64,000 nt of DNA from Candidatus Latescibacterota bacterium (GTDB lineage Bacteria > Latescibacterota > UBA2968 > GCA-2709665), in NCBI GenBank assembly GCA_965205485.1, contig OZ242180.1, positions 2,912,001 through 2,976,000 on the forward strand, read 5' to 3'. How positions within the stretch are numbered: the stretch's first letter is position 1; every line of letters begins with the position of its first letter. A model generated the notes under the pieces. That model was not told the origin of the DNA. It was given only the letters and a program-made list of their open reading frames with translations, and did no database searches. Made by a program: the position numbers and the translations under genes. Shown one piece after another: positions 19,260-29,314 of the stretch.

Positions 19260-20150
19260 ATGGAGACTTCTGATTTCAAAATCGGCGTGGTGGGTGTGGG
19301 GCGTATGGGCGCGAATATAGCAAGGCATCTCAAGGACGACGGATTTGTCGTAACATCAGTTTACGATGTCCGATCGGATGCCGCGGCCGAACTGGCGCGT
19401 GAACTCGGGTGTGAGGCATCCGGCTCGCTGGCGTGCGTGACTGCAGCCGCGGATCAGATCATTACGGTCGTCACGGACGACGAAGCGATGCGTGCGGTAT
19501 TTTCAACCGAGGGCGACAGCCTGCTTTGCGGCGCGGACGGAAGGGTCTTCATCAATTGCGCAACCATTGCCCCGCAGGTCCACGTCGACGTCCAGGCGCT
19601 GGCTGAGGCGGCGGGTGCAAGAAGCCTTGAAGGGTGTATGGCAAGCAGTATCACACAGGCCCGGGAAGGCACGCTCTATCTCATGTGCGGCGGCAGGAAG
19701 GAAGTCTTCGACGACATGCGCCCGATTCTGGACTCGATGAGCACGGATTTGAAGTACATCGGCCAGGCCGGACAGGCGGCGCAGGTCAAGGCGCTCGTCA
19801 ATATGGTCATGAACATCAATACGGCAAGCCTCGCGGAGGGGCTCGGGCTGGGGGCGGCCCTGGGTCTCGATCTGGAGATGTTGCAGCAGGTATTCTCGCA
19901 GACGGGCGCCAATTCCCGCGTCCTTGAAACGGACGGGGAGGATATGGTGGCGCGGGACCACGAGTGTTACTTTTCCTCCGCGCACGCCGCGAAGGATTCG
20001 GGCATCGCACTGGACCTGGCCCGGGATGCCGGGCTGAATCTGCCGCTGGCCGACGCGACGAAGAGGCAGTACGACCGGATGATCGAAATCGGCAAGGGCG
20101 AACTGGACAAGTCGGGCGTCGCCGAACTGACGTTTCCTGGCAGAGGATAG
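19260..20150 (+). CDS. NAD(P)-dependent oxidoreductase, beta-hydroxyacid dehydrogenase family
   Basis: GVGRMG, catalytic-Lys region QVKALVNM, AAKDSG. Confidence 0.88.
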   Translation: METSDFKIGVVGVGRMGANIARHLKDDGFVVTSVYDVRSDAAAELARELGCEASGSLACVTAAADQIITVVTDDEAMRAVFSTEGDSLLCGADGRVFINCATIAPQVHVDVQALAEAAGARSLEGCMASSITQAREGTLYLMCGGRKEVFDDMRPILDSMSTDLKYIGQAGQAAQVKALVNMVMNINTASLAEGLGLGAALGLDLEMLQQVFSQTGANSRVLETDGEDMVARDHECYFSSAHAAKDSGIALDLARDAGLNLPLADATKRQYDRMIEIGKGELDKSGVAELTFPGRG

Positions 20151-20212
20151 ACCCACCCCGCCCGCGTCCCCACGTACGGGATGGTTTGGAGGCCGAACAT
20201 CCGGCGCCGGGT

Positions 20213-21013
20213 ATGAAAACGGTTCGTTGTCGTTACGTGAAGGAATTCACGAGACTTTCCCTCTGGTACGTGTGGCGCCTGGCGAAGGCCGGAACGGAGC
20301 CCTTCGTCGATGTGGTGAACAAGCGGGTCAACATCTACAGGAACACATCACTCTACGACGGGAAACGCCATCCTTCCGGCGAGGATGTTGGGCCGGAGTG
20401 GGCCGACGTGGTCGGCAGGCTGGCGGCCCTGTACTCGCTGCATGAGTACGACGCGGCAACAGACGGTTTCGAAGAGGAAGGTCTGAACCTGCTGTGGCCC
20501 TTTCTGGAAGCCCGTTTGCAGGCAGCCGACGACGGTCTCTCCGGAGAACGACCCTACGAATGCTGGTCTTACGACTATACGGATTCCGGTCGGTTGAATA
20601 TTCACATCGACAATGTCTACCGGCCTGAATCGCCATTGAGTGAGATGTTCACGCCCTTCGCAGCGTCGCTGATTCGCATGCTCCGGGATTCACGGACGCG
20701 TCGACCCGATATCACGATCGTTCGCTGCAGCAGCTGGATGAATTCAACGCCCCGATTCCGGTCGCTGTTTCCGGCCCGATGGGCGGAAAGCGAGGTAGTG
20801 AATCCCCATATCGGCTATACTATGGGCCACTGGGGGCAGTTCATGGACCGGCGAGGCGACTTTCATGCCGGGAACGGACGTCTGTTTCGCGCCACCGGAA
20901 CGCTGCCTTTCGCGGCCTCGGCCTGCGATTGTGAAATCGCCGAGGCCCTGAGCCATCTGACGACCCGGTTTCCGGAGGCGGTCGAGTTCAACCGCCGGCG
21001 GACTTCGGATTGA
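20213..21013 (+). CDS. Hypothetical protein
   Basis: Protein-like ORF filling the gap between co-oriented genes; Trp/Tyr-rich (IHIDN, CSSWMN, GHWGQF). Confidence 0.65.
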   Translation: MKTVRCRYVKEFTRLSLWYVWRLAKAGTEPFVDVVNKRVNIYRNTSLYDGKRHPSGEDVGPEWADVVGRLAALYSLHEYDAATDGFEEEGLNLLWPFLEARLQAADDGLSGERPYECWSYDYTDSGRLNIHIDNVYRPESPLSEMFTPFAASLIRMLRDSRTRRPDITIVRCSSWMNSTPRFRSLFPARWAESEVVNPHIGYTMGHWGQFMDRRGDFHAGNGRLFRATGTLPFAASACDCEIAEALSHLTTRFPEAVEFNRRRTSD

Positions 21014-21032
21014 AGCGGGTTTGTGAAACAGG

Positions 21033-22139
21033 ATGAAGATCACCGACATCAAGGTCTACAATCTCCGGTATCCGCTGACAGAGCCGTTCGCGAATTCGAT
21101 TGCCTGGAATACGGCACGGACCGCCGGTGTGATCGAGGTCATCACCGACGCGGGCGTGACGGGTTGGGGCGAAGGGGTCTCGGGTCTGAACGAAACGGCG
21201 TTGCGGGCGAGGCTCGTGGGCCGGGACCCGTTCGACGTCGAAGTCATCTGGAACGACCTCTATCTGCGGGGCGGCGTAGGTTTTTCGGAGCTGAGCGCTG
21301 TGGATATCGCGCTGTGGGATATCGTGGGCAGGGCTCTCGAGATGCCCGTTTACAGACTCCTTGGCGGCGCGTTCCGGGATCGGATTCCGGCATACGCCAG
21401 CGGGTTGTTCCTGCAGCGAAAAGCGGACATGACCCGGGCGCTGTCGGAAGAGGCGGCCTCATACGTGGATATGGGGTTCCGCGCGGTGAAGATGAAGATC
21501 GGGTTCGGCGCGGACTACGATGTCACGAACGCGGGCGCGGTACGAGGGGCGATCGGCGATTCGACTCTGCTCGCCGTGGACGCCAATTGCGGCTACGATA
21601 CCGGCACGGCGATGCACGTGGGGCGCCGGCTGCTCGAGAACGATCTGCTCTGGTTCGAGGAACCGATCTCGACCGACGACGTTTCCGGCTATCGCGAGAT
21701 CCGTCAGGCGCTGGGCGTGCGGGTTGCCGGCGGCGAGGCCCTGCAGGGCAGGTGGGCATTCCGAAACCTGATCCAGGAACGGGGGCTGGATATCGTGCAA
21801 CCGGACATCAGCGACGCGGGCGGGTTTACGGAGTGCAGGAGAGTTGCCGCGCTTGCAAGCGCAAATCACGTGAGGGTGCTGCCTCATATGTGGGGAACCA
21901 GCATCCGCCTGGCCGCTACGATACACTGGCAGGCAACCCTGCCCGACTCGCCGGATACGCTGAATCCGTTTCCATCTCTGTTTGAATTCGATATGACCGA
22001 AAACAGGCTGCGCACTGAACTCGCCAGAGAGCCGATCGTGGCAGTGGACGGGGACGTGCCGGTGTTACAGTGTCCGGGTCTTGGAATCGACATTGACAGA
22101 GAGATACTGGAAGAATACGCTGTTGCAGGAAACATATAG
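21033..22139 (+). CDS. Mandelate racemase/muconate lactonizing enzyme family protein
   Basis: VDIALWDIVG, KMKIG, VDAN, WFEEP, GGE, PH. Confidence 0.9.
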   Translation: MKITDIKVYNLRYPLTEPFANSIAWNTARTAGVIEVITDAGVTGWGEGVSGLNETALRARLVGRDPFDVEVIWNDLYLRGGVGFSELSAVDIALWDIVGRALEMPVYRLLGGAFRDRIPAYASGLFLQRKADMTRALSEEAASYVDMGFRAVKMKIGFGADYDVTNAGAVRGAIGDSTLLAVDANCGYDTGTAMHVGRRLLENDLLWFEEPISTDDVSGYREIRQALGVRVAGGEALQGRWAFRNLIQERGLDIVQPDISDAGGFTECRRVAALASANHVRVLPHMWGTSIRLAATIHWQATLPDSPDTLNPFPSLFEFDMTENRLRTELAREPIVAVDGDVPVLQCPGLGIDIDREILEEYAVAGNI

Positions 22140-22194
22140 CCGACGGTGCGCAAGGCTCGGCAGGTTTGTCAGTTTAATATTCAAGGAGGGTCGT

Positions 22195-23448
22195 TTGGTA
22201 ACAGGCACGAGGAAGTCCGATCTGGCGGTTCACGGCGGCCGGCCGGTACACAGCAAGCCGTGGCGTTCGGGAGCGTTTCACTTCAGGGAGGAACTGGCTG
22301 CGCTGGAAAAGCTGCTTTCCGGCCCGGCGCTGCCGCTGGCTCGCGGCAAGGCCGTCATGGCCTATCGCGAGGGTTTGCAGAAGCTCTACGGGTTGCCGTA
22401 CGCCGTACCCACGAGTTCCGGGAGCGCGGCCATCCACGTCGCGCTGGCTGCTGCCGGCATTGGTGCTGGCGACGAGGTCATATTAAGCCCCCTGACCGAC
22501 TACGGCAGCATTATGGGGATTTTTCAGTTGAACGCGATACCTGTCTTTGCAGACGTGCAGCGGGACGGTCTTCTGATGGACGTGGCCTCGATGGAGGCGG
22601 TGGTCACGCCGTTCACCCGGGCGATTATGCCAATACATAACGGTGGGTACGCGGTGGATATGCCCGCGGTCATGAGGGTGGCACGCAGACATCGATTGAT
22701 GGTCGTCGAAGATTGCGCGCAGGCGCATCTCGCGTCCATCAAGGGCAGGTATCTTGGCACGTTCGGACAGCTCGGCGCGTGGAGTACAAACGAAAGCAAA
22801 CACATGAAGTCCGGCGAAGGAGGGTTCGTCCTGACCCGAAGCCGCAAACTTGCGGAAACAGCGGATCTGTTTTCCGACAAATGCTATCCGAGGTTCCCCG
22901 GCGCGCCGGCGACGCCCGCCTTCCCAGCGTTGAACGTGCGATTGAGCGACGTCAACGCCGCACTGGCATCGGTACAACTCAAGCGGGTACCGGGGTGGAT
23001 CGCCAGACGCCAGGCGTTCGGCGAGAGGTTCGATTCGGGGATTGCGGGGTTGCCGGGCGTCAAGCCGCATCCACAGCCGCCGGGGGCGAAGCCCAGTTAC
23101 TGGTGGGCGCTGTTTTCGGTAGATCCGGAGGTGCTCGGGGTGAATGCAGGGGAGTTTTGCCGGATGGTCGCGGCGGAAGGCATTCCGGCATTCGCGAAAC
23201 CTCAGCAGTACGTCATTGAATGGCAGGTCTTCCGGAGGCTGCACAGGGACCCCGCGGCGTTCAACAGCTACAGGCCCGGCCGGCTGGAAAATAAGGCGTA
23301 TCCGCTCGAGACGTGCCCGAACGCAAGGACCTGTGGAGAACGCGTCGGCGCGGTCCGGATGACCCAGCACAATACCGTGGGCGAAGCGAACGCCGCTGTC
23401 CGGGCGGTGCGAAAGGTCACGGAGGCGTTGTTGGGGCAACGGGTATGA
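22195..23448 (+). CDS. DegT/DnrJ/EryC1/StrS PLP-dependent aminotransferase
   Basis: SSGSAAIH, GDEVI, EDCAQAH, STNESKHM..GEGG; GGAGG RBS before TTG 22195. Confidence 0.9.
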   Translation: MVTGTRKSDLAVHGGRPVHSKPWRSGAFHFREELAALEKLLSGPALPLARGKAVMAYREGLQKLYGLPYAVPTSSGSAAIHVALAAAGIGAGDEVILSPLTDYGSIMGIFQLNAIPVFADVQRDGLLMDVASMEAVVTPFTRAIMPIHNGGYAVDMPAVMRVARRHRLMVVEDCAQAHLASIKGRYLGTFGQLGAWSTNESKHMKSGEGGFVLTRSRKLAETADLFSDKCYPRFPGAPATPAFPALNVRLSDVNAALASVQLKRVPGWIARRQAFGERFDSGIAGLPGVKPHPQPPGAKPSYWWALFSVDPEVLGVNAGEFCRMVAAEGIPAFAKPQQYVIEWQVFRRLHRDPAAFNSYRPGRLENKAYPLETCPNARTCGERVGAVRMTQHNTVGEANAAVRAVRKVTEALLGQRV

Positions 23449-23524
23449 CAGTGCGTACACCGGCGGTTCCCGGATGAACGCCATCCGCGGCGGCGCCGTG
23501 TTCTGCCATTTTCTGGAGGGTCGG

Positions 23525-24094
23525 ATGGATGTACTGGATGTGTTGAAGGCGCGGCGCACGATCTTCAAGTTCAACTCGAGGCCCGTTTCCGGCGAGATGC
23601 TGAAACGCATTTTTGAGTTCGGTTTGTGGGCGCCGAATCACCATGTCACGGAGCCGTGGCGTTTTGTCGTCCTGGGCGAGCGCACGAAAGAAGCGCTTGG
23701 GCGACGATATGCGGACATCCAGGAAGCCAAGGCACCGGACCATGCCGACGGCGAAAGCCGAAGGAAGCTGTGGCAGGCGGGTTACGACAAGTTTATGTCC
23801 AAACCCTCAATCGTCGCCGTGTCCTGCGTCCAGGAAGGAGATGAACAGCAGCGGCGGGAGGACTATGCGGCGGTCTGCTGCGCGATGCAGAACGTGCAGC
23901 TCGCGGCATGGGAACTGGGCGTGGGCATGCAGTGGAGCACCGGTCCCATTACCATGCAAAAGGATACCTACGAATTGCTCGGCGTGGATCAGGACCGTGA
24001 GTATATCATCGGTTTCTTCTACACGGGGTATCCGCGCGAGATCCCGAAACCCAGGCGAAAGCCGCTGGAAGACGTGATGCGCTGGACGGCGTAA
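23525..24094 (+). CDS. Nitroreductase family protein
   Basis: ARRTI, WAPNHHVTEPWRF, CAMQNVQLAAWELGVG.WST. Confidence 0.88.
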   Translation: MDVLDVLKARRTIFKFNSRPVSGEMLKRIFEFGLWAPNHHVTEPWRFVVLGERTKEALGRRYADIQEAKAPDHADGESRRKLWQAGYDKFMSKPSIVAVSCVQEGDEQQRREDYAAVCCAMQNVQLAAWELGVGMQWSTGPITMQKDTYELLGVDQDREYIIGFFYTGYPREIPKPRRKPLEDVMRWTA

Positions 24095-24101
24095 CAGCCC
24101 T

Positions 24102-25007
24102 TCATTCCGCGCCGGCCGTACGGGCCTGTACGCCGGCCAGGTCTTCGACGACGGTCAACAGTCCGGAGTGATCCAGTTCGCCCCGGTCCCTGGCCATCGC
24201 CAGGTTGAACAGTTCGTGAACGATGCTCGTAACCGGCAGCGGCACATTGTAGTCGCTGCCGGTTTTCATGATGATGTTGAGGTCCTTGTAGTGAAGCCGG
24301 ATGCGGAAGCCGGGGTCGAAGTCGCCGTTGACCATGCGCTCTCCCCGGTTTTCGAGTACGCCGCACCGCGCGAGACCCCCGCTCAGGACCCGCACGATGT
24401 TGGCCGGGTCGACGCCCGCCCTGGCGCCGAGCGTCAACGCTTCCGACACGCCGGCGATGGTTACGGCAACCAGCACCTGGTTGCAGGCCTTCACGGTCTG
24501 ACCGGCGCCGAGGGGCCCGCACATTACGATATTCTGACCCATCGCCGCGAAGATCGGCTGTACTGAGTCGAATACATCCTCGTCGCCGCCGACCATGATG
24601 GAAAGGGTGGCATTCTCCGCTCCGATATCGCCTCCGCTTACCGGCGCATCCAGGCAGCGAACGCCTTTTTCAGCCATCGCCCGGCCCACGTCCTGAGAAA
24701 CGGTGGGCGCGATGGTGCTCATATCGATGTAGATGTCGTCCCGGCTCACGCCTTCGATGATGCCGCCGGGTCCGAGAGCGACTTCCTCCACATCCGGAGA
24801 GTCGGGCAACATCGTGATGATGACGTCGCTGTTTTCGGCGACTTCCCTGGGAGAACGGGCTTCGCTGGCGCCGGCGTCAGTCAGTTCGGCCACGGGTTCC
24901 CGGCTTCGGTTGTGCACAACCACCTCGTAACCGGCTGCGAGCAGGTGTTTGGACATGGGTTTTCCCATAATCCCGAGTCCAATGAATCCGATCCTGGGTC
25001 TGGACAT
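24102..25007 (-). CDS. garR: 2-hydroxy-3-oxopropionate (tartronate semialdehyde) reductase-like
   Basis: GFIGLGIMG, TMLPDSPDV, LDAPVSGG, GQTVKACNQ, PGFRIRLHYKDL, LDHSG. Confidence 0.8.
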   Translation of the reverse strand: MSRPRIGFIGLGIMGKPMSKHLLAAGYEVVVHNRSREPVAELTDAGASEARSPREVAENSDVIITMLPDSPDVEEVALGPGGIIEGVSRDDIYIDMSTIAPTVSQDVGRAMAEKGVRCLDAPVSGGDIGAENATLSIMVGGDEDVFDSVQPIFAAMGQNIVMCGPLGAGQTVKACNQVLVAVTIAGVSEALTLGARAGVDPANIVRVLSGGLARCGVLENRGERMVNGDFDPGFRIRLHYKDLNIIMKTGSDYNVPLPVTSIVHELFNLAMARDRGELDHSGLLTVVEDLAGVQARTAGAE

Positions 25008-25025
25008 TGATACGGCTCCTTTCAC

Positions 25026-25859
25026 TTAACCATCGACAAAGAGAGATCTTTCGGACGTCGGAATGATGCGAGCGGTTTCGGCGCGCGCGACGATTTCGGC
25101 TATCGCGGCTTCCCCGTCCGGACCGTAGTCCAGAGTATAGGCGTTGACGTACAGGTCGATGAACCGTTGCACGACGGACACATCCATTTCCGGTGCATTC
25201 CGGAGGATGTCCTCTCGGACCAGGCCCGCGTGGGTGTGGGCGTATTCCACGCTCTCCCGCACAGCCTTGTCGATGGCGCGGATCCGGTCGGCGCCCAGGT
25301 CGCGGCGGGCAAGGATGCCTCCAAGCGGAATGGGGTGGCCGGTGGTGCGTTCCCACCATTCGCCCAGATCGATGACTTCACGCAGCCCGAAATCGGGAAA
25401 GGTGAACCGGCTTTCATGAATGATGAGACCGGCGTCGACTTCACCGTTCCGTACCGCATCCATAATGCCGTGGTAAGGCAGAACGACGAGATTCAGGAGG
25501 GAGGGCTCGAACAGGCGCAGCAGCAGGGCGGCGGTGGTCAGTCTTCCGGGTATCGCGATCTTTTTTCGGGTCAGTTCCGACGGTCTCAGGGGTCTGAGGG
25601 AAACGACGAGAGGACCGCACCCGCGGCCCAGGGCGCCGCCCGAATGGAGAAGGCAGTACCGGTCTCGAAGGCGGCCCAGGGCGTGAAAGGAAACCTTGGT
25701 GACGTCCAATCGCCCGTCGATGGCCAGCCGGTTGAGCGCTTCTATGTCATCGAGGATCGTCTCAAACACGGGTGCATCGGAGATCTTGCCATGGGCGAGG
25801 CCGTAGAAGATGTAGCTGTCGTTGGGACTGGGAGAGTAACCGAGTGAAACGACGGCCAT
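25026..25859 (-). CDS. mqnD: 1,4-dihydroxy-6-naphthoate synthase (futalosine menaquinone pathway)
   Basis: GYSPSPNDSYIF, DIEALN, GGALGRGCGP, LIIHESRFT, DLGEWWE..T..PIPLGG, LYVN. Confidence 0.93.
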   Translation of the reverse strand: MAVVSLGYSPSPNDSYIFYGLAHGKISDAPVFETILDDIEALNRLAIDGRLDVTKVSFHALGRLRDRYCLLHSGGALGRGCGPLVVSLRPLRPSELTRKKIAIPGRLTTAALLLRLFEPSLLNLVVLPYHGIMDAVRNGEVDAGLIIHESRFTFPDFGLREVIDLGEWWERTTGHPIPLGGILARRDLGADRIRAIDKAVRESVEYAHTHAGLVREDILRNAPEMDVSVVQRFIDLYVNAYTLDYGPDGEAAIAEIVARAETARIIPTSERSLFVDG

Positions 25860-25861
25860 CG

Positions 25862-25985
25862 GTACCTCGAGATATACGAGATAAACGAGAATACGAAAAG
25901 GCGAAGAGATGACGAGGCCAAAAGTGAATGATGTATTCGCCTTTCGTAGTTTCGATTATTCGTAGTTTCGTTTCTTCGCAGTTTC
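25862..25985 (-). repeat. Octamer-periodic hairpin element, family D copy 2 (fills the mqnB-mqnD spacer)
   Basis: Inverted homolog of 13083-13262; on the minus strand GAAACTAC units, then the core, then the TCGT-periodic arm ending at the mqnD RBS. Confidence 0.85.
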
Positions 25986-26717
25986 TCACGGCGCCAGGTT
26001 TTCGATCAGGACGCGCGCAGCCTCTTGGGCGTTTCCGGATGCCAGAGGGAGCTTCCAGGCGGCCGTGTTCCGGTCTTCCACGAGATTGCTGATGCCGCGC
26101 AGTTCGATGAAAGGAACGTCGTACAGCGTGCACACATGCGCGGCGGCCGCGCCTTCCATATTCTCGCAGATCGCGTTGAACCGCGCTGCGAGTTCGTTGC
26201 CTTTGGCGGCGAGGCCGCTGCATTGCTGTACAGTCACGAAAGGACCCGAGCGCACGGCCGGAACTGCATCCGGCCGCATATTGAGAATCACGGCTGCCGC
26301 GCGCCGGGCAAGGGCCGCGTCGAGCGGAAAGGTATTGTAGTGGTTCCGGTTTCTGCTCAGAACCGGGATGCCGATGCGATCGGCCGAAAGCCAGCCGTTG
26401 GGCGCGAGGATGCCCAATTCCCCGTCGTTCTCTTCGGTGGCCACGGCGAGGTCGCCCACGTTCAGCTGAGAGCCAGGGTAGGCGCCGCCGACGCCGACCT
26501 GAAGAACGATGTCGGGCCGGCCGGACTCCAGAGCCGCGGTGAGCGCCTGCGCCGTATTGACGGCGCCGATACCGGTCTCGATCAGGGCAACGCGGCGCGT
26601 CCCCAATGTACCGTCGGTTCGCGCCCTGTGGGCGAAGGTGCGCGAGGTCGGGTGCGAAATGCTCCTTCTGAGCGTCTCCTGCTCGAATGCAGTGGCTGTG
26701 AGTACCAGGATGTCCAT
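25986..26717 (-). CDS. mqnB: Futalosine hydrolase
   Basis: PNP/MTAN fold (TGIGAVNTA, GVGGAY, ENMEGAA, ELRGISNLVEDRN..AW); adjacent to mqnD. Confidence 0.88.
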   Translation of the reverse strand: MDILVLTATAFEQETLRRSISHPTSRTFAHRARTDGTLGTRRVALIETGIGAVNTAQALTAALESGRPDIVLQVGVGGAYPGSQLNVGDLAVATEENDGELGILAPNGWLSADRIGIPVLSRNRNHYNTFPLDAALARRAAAVILNMRPDAVPAVRSGPFVTVQQCSGLAAKGNELAARFNAICENMEGAAAAHVCTLYDVPFIELRGISNLVEDRNTAAWKLPLASGNAQEAARVLIENLAP

Positions 26718-26817
26718 CGGATGTTTGCAGATCGGGCAGGCGTTCTGCGCGGTGAAGCGGGACGGGGTTTCGGATCAACCCGATACCATTCCCATCGGCG
26801 GGTCCGGTACGCGACCG

Positions 26818-27837
26818 TCATCCCAGGCGGGTCGATACCCCGAGCTGGCGGGCGACGGATTCAAGATCGGTCACATGGGGAAGCAGCATGGGGATACCGT
26901 TTTCGAGATTGCGTTCGCGGGTGATCCATTCGGGCTCACCGGGGTAGTGGACGCGGTCGACGCCGGGCGCCGGCCGGGCCTCGCGGATCGTCTGAATGCG
27001 GGCGTCGACTTCTGCTGCGAAGGTATCGGGATCGGCGAAGGTTGACACGTCGATCGCGATGAACAGATAGCCGAACTTTTCGACGTCGGGAAAAGCGGCG
27101 CCGGCCAGGATGCCGCCGATACAATGCATCACGATTGCGAGGCCCGATCCCTTGGGGCCGAGAGGTACGACAATACTTGCTTCAGCCGGGTCGTCCGTGG
27201 GATTGCCAGCCGCGTCCAGCGCCCACCCCAGGGGGATCTTCTCGCCGCGGGCCCGGGCAATCTCGATCTTGCCGGCGGCAACAACACCGGTGGCCATATC
27301 CAGGATGATGGGGCGTTTCCGCCCGGCGGGGATCCCGTACGCGAAAGGCGCGTTCCCGATGGCGGGTTCAATGCTGCCGTACGGCGCCATGTTGCCCCGG
27401 TTTTTTCGTCCGCCGGTGGTGTTGAATCCCACCATGCCGGCCTCGGCCGCCATGTTGGCATAGTAGGCCGCGGCGCCGTAGTGGTTGGTATTCCGGACCG
27501 CGGCCATGCCGATGCCCGACCCCTCGGCTTTCCGGATCGCTAGCTTCATCGCCCTGTATGCGGCCACCTGTCCGAGGGCGTTGTCCGCGTCCATGTGAAC
27601 GTACGCGGCCCCCTCGCTCAGGACACGGGGATGGGCGTTCGGGTTGATATCGCCTTTCAGGATCTGGCGGATATAGCCCGCGATGGCGCGCGCACCATGA
27701 GAATGCACACCGCGGAGGTCTGCTTCAACCTGGATGCGGGCCGTGATTCTGGCGTCGGTTTCAGGCACACCCGCTGCATTGAGGAGGTCAACGCAATAGG
27801 TATTGAGTGCGGTGTGCGAGACGGTGCGTGTCGTCAC
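26818..27837 (-). CDS. Ldh_2 family (malate/L-sulfolactate/ureidoglycolate) dehydrogenase
   Basis: ADLRGVHSHG, NHYGAA, LDMATG, GPKGSGL, YPGE. Confidence 0.9.
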   Translation of the reverse strand: MTTRTVSHTALNTYCVDLLNAAGVPETDARITARIQVEADLRGVHSHGARAIAGYIRQILKGDINPNAHPRVLSEGAAYVHMDADNALGQVAAYRAMKLAIRKAEGSGIGMAAVRNTNHYGAAAYYANMAAEAGMVGFNTTGGRKNRGNMAPYGSIEPAIGNAPFAYGIPAGRKRPIILDMATGVVAAGKIEIARARGEKIPLGWALDAAGNPTDDPAEASIVVPLGPKGSGLAIVMHCIGGILAGAAFPDVEKFGYLFIAIDVSTFADPDTFAAEVDARIQTIREARPAPGVDRVHYPGEPEWITRERNLENGIPMLLPHVTDLESVARQLGVSTRLG

Positions 27838-27881
27838 AATACGGAGCCAGATGTCGGAATTGCAAGGCGAAAACGAGCGGA

Positions 27882-29273
27882 TCAGCTGGCTTTGCGCCCG
27901 GCCTGCCAGGTCGCATACCGGTCCGGGAGGTTGATCTTGACCTGTTCTTCCAGTTCCTCGTCCGTTATTGCGCTCATCCGTCCGTGTACTTCATATTGGT
28001 CCATCACCCAGCGGGCGACCTTGTGCACTTTGATCTTGCTGAGCCGGTCGCTGCCCTTGAGACCCAGGAACTCATTGACCCAGAGGGCGACCCCGTCGAC
28101 ACCGGTCTTGTCGGTAATGGCCACTCTGGGCGGACGTCCGAACAGTGCGGTCGTATCGAAGATGTTGTATATGCGTTCATCGGAACGCAGCCCGCCCGCG
28201 TGGATCCCGGCCCGCGTGGTGTTGAAGTCCCGGCCCACGAAAGGGTAGTTCGGCGCGATGTCCACGCCGATGGAGCGCATGTAGTCGGCCATCTCCTGGA
28301 TCATCATCGTATCGATGCCGCAAAGGTCTCCGTGAAGGCCGATGTATTCGAGTATGGCCCCCTCGAGGGGAGGGTTGCCGGTGCGTTCGCCGAAGCCGAA
28401 CAGCGTGGTGTTGAGCGCATTGCAGCCGTAGAGCCACGCGGTAGCCCCGTTGACGTGAACCTTGTGGAAGTCGTTGTGCCCGTGCCATTCCAGGCAATCG
28501 TACGGAACCCCGCCGTCGTTGGTCATCCGGTAGACGAGCTTGGGGATGGACCGCGGCAGGCTTGCGCCCGGATAGCTGATCCCGAATCCCATGGTGTCGC
28601 AGAGCCGTATTTTTGCGCGGAGCTCGGGAGAGACCTGCTCGGAACGGCGCATCAGTTCCTGGACGAAAGGCAGGACGTATCCGTCGATGTCCGCACGGGT
28701 GACGTCTTCAAGGTGACACCGCGGCCGTATGCCGGACTCCCAGGCGGCTTCGACAACCTCCAGGTAGTCGTTGTACGCCTTCCTGCGGTCTTTCTTGAGC
28801 TTGTAGAAGATGTGGTAGTCGGAACTGGGTGTGAGCATTCCGGTTTCCCGTACGCCAGCTTCCTTTACCAGCCGGAAGTCGCCCTTGTCCGCCCGGATCC
28901 AGGAGGTAATTTCGGGAAAACGGTGCCCCAGTGCGCGGCATTCTTCCAGGGTGCGCCGGTCGTTCTTCGTGTAGAGAAAGAACTCGGTCTGCCGGATAAC
29001 GCCGTTGGGCCCGCCGAGCCTGGCCATCATGTCGTAGAGTCTGACCTGCTGTTCCACGGTGTACGGCGGGCGGGCCTGCTGACCGTCCCGAAAGGTGGTG
29101 TCGGTGATGACGAGGTCTCGGGCGAGGGCTTCCTCCGGGTCGAATCTGACGAGTTGGTCTCCGATTTCTTCATAAATCGGGCCGTCAAACAGAATTCTGG
29201 GCGGCAGGTTGTAGTCGAACTGCTCGTCGAGGAGATTCGGCCGGTCAACTTCGATCAGGTCTCCTGCTTTCAT
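27882..29273 (-). CDS. DRE-TIM metallolyase, Re-citrate synthase-like (LeuA/HCS family)
   Basis: DTTFRDGQQARPPYT, QTEFFLY, SDYHIFYKL, RCHLEDVTRAD, EWHGHNDF, GERTGN, TRAGIH; AGGAG RBS before ATG 29273. Confidence 0.85.
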   Translation of the reverse strand: MKAGDLIEVDRPNLLDEQFDYNLPPRILFDGPIYEEIGDQLVRFDPEEALARDLVITDTTFRDGQQARPPYTVEQQVRLYDMMARLGGPNGVIRQTEFFLYTKNDRRTLEECRALGHRFPEITSWIRADKGDFRLVKEAGVRETGMLTPSSDYHIFYKLKKDRRKAYNDYLEVVEAAWESGIRPRCHLEDVTRADIDGYVLPFVQELMRRSEQVSPELRAKIRLCDTMGFGISYPGASLPRSIPKLVYRMTNDGGVPYDCLEWHGHNDFHKVHVNGATAWLYGCNALNTTLFGFGERTGNPPLEGAILEYIGLHGDLCGIDTMMIQEMADYMRSIGVDIAPNYPFVGRDFNTTRAGIHAGGLRSDERIYNIFDTTALFGRPPRVAITDKTGVDGVALWVNEFLGLKGSDRLSKIKVHKVARWVMDQYEVHGRMSAITDEELEEQVKINLPDRYATWQAGRKAS

Positions 29274-29314
29274 GGGGCACGCTCCTGGAAAAAGCGGGGG
29301 CAAGTGGTGCGGAA

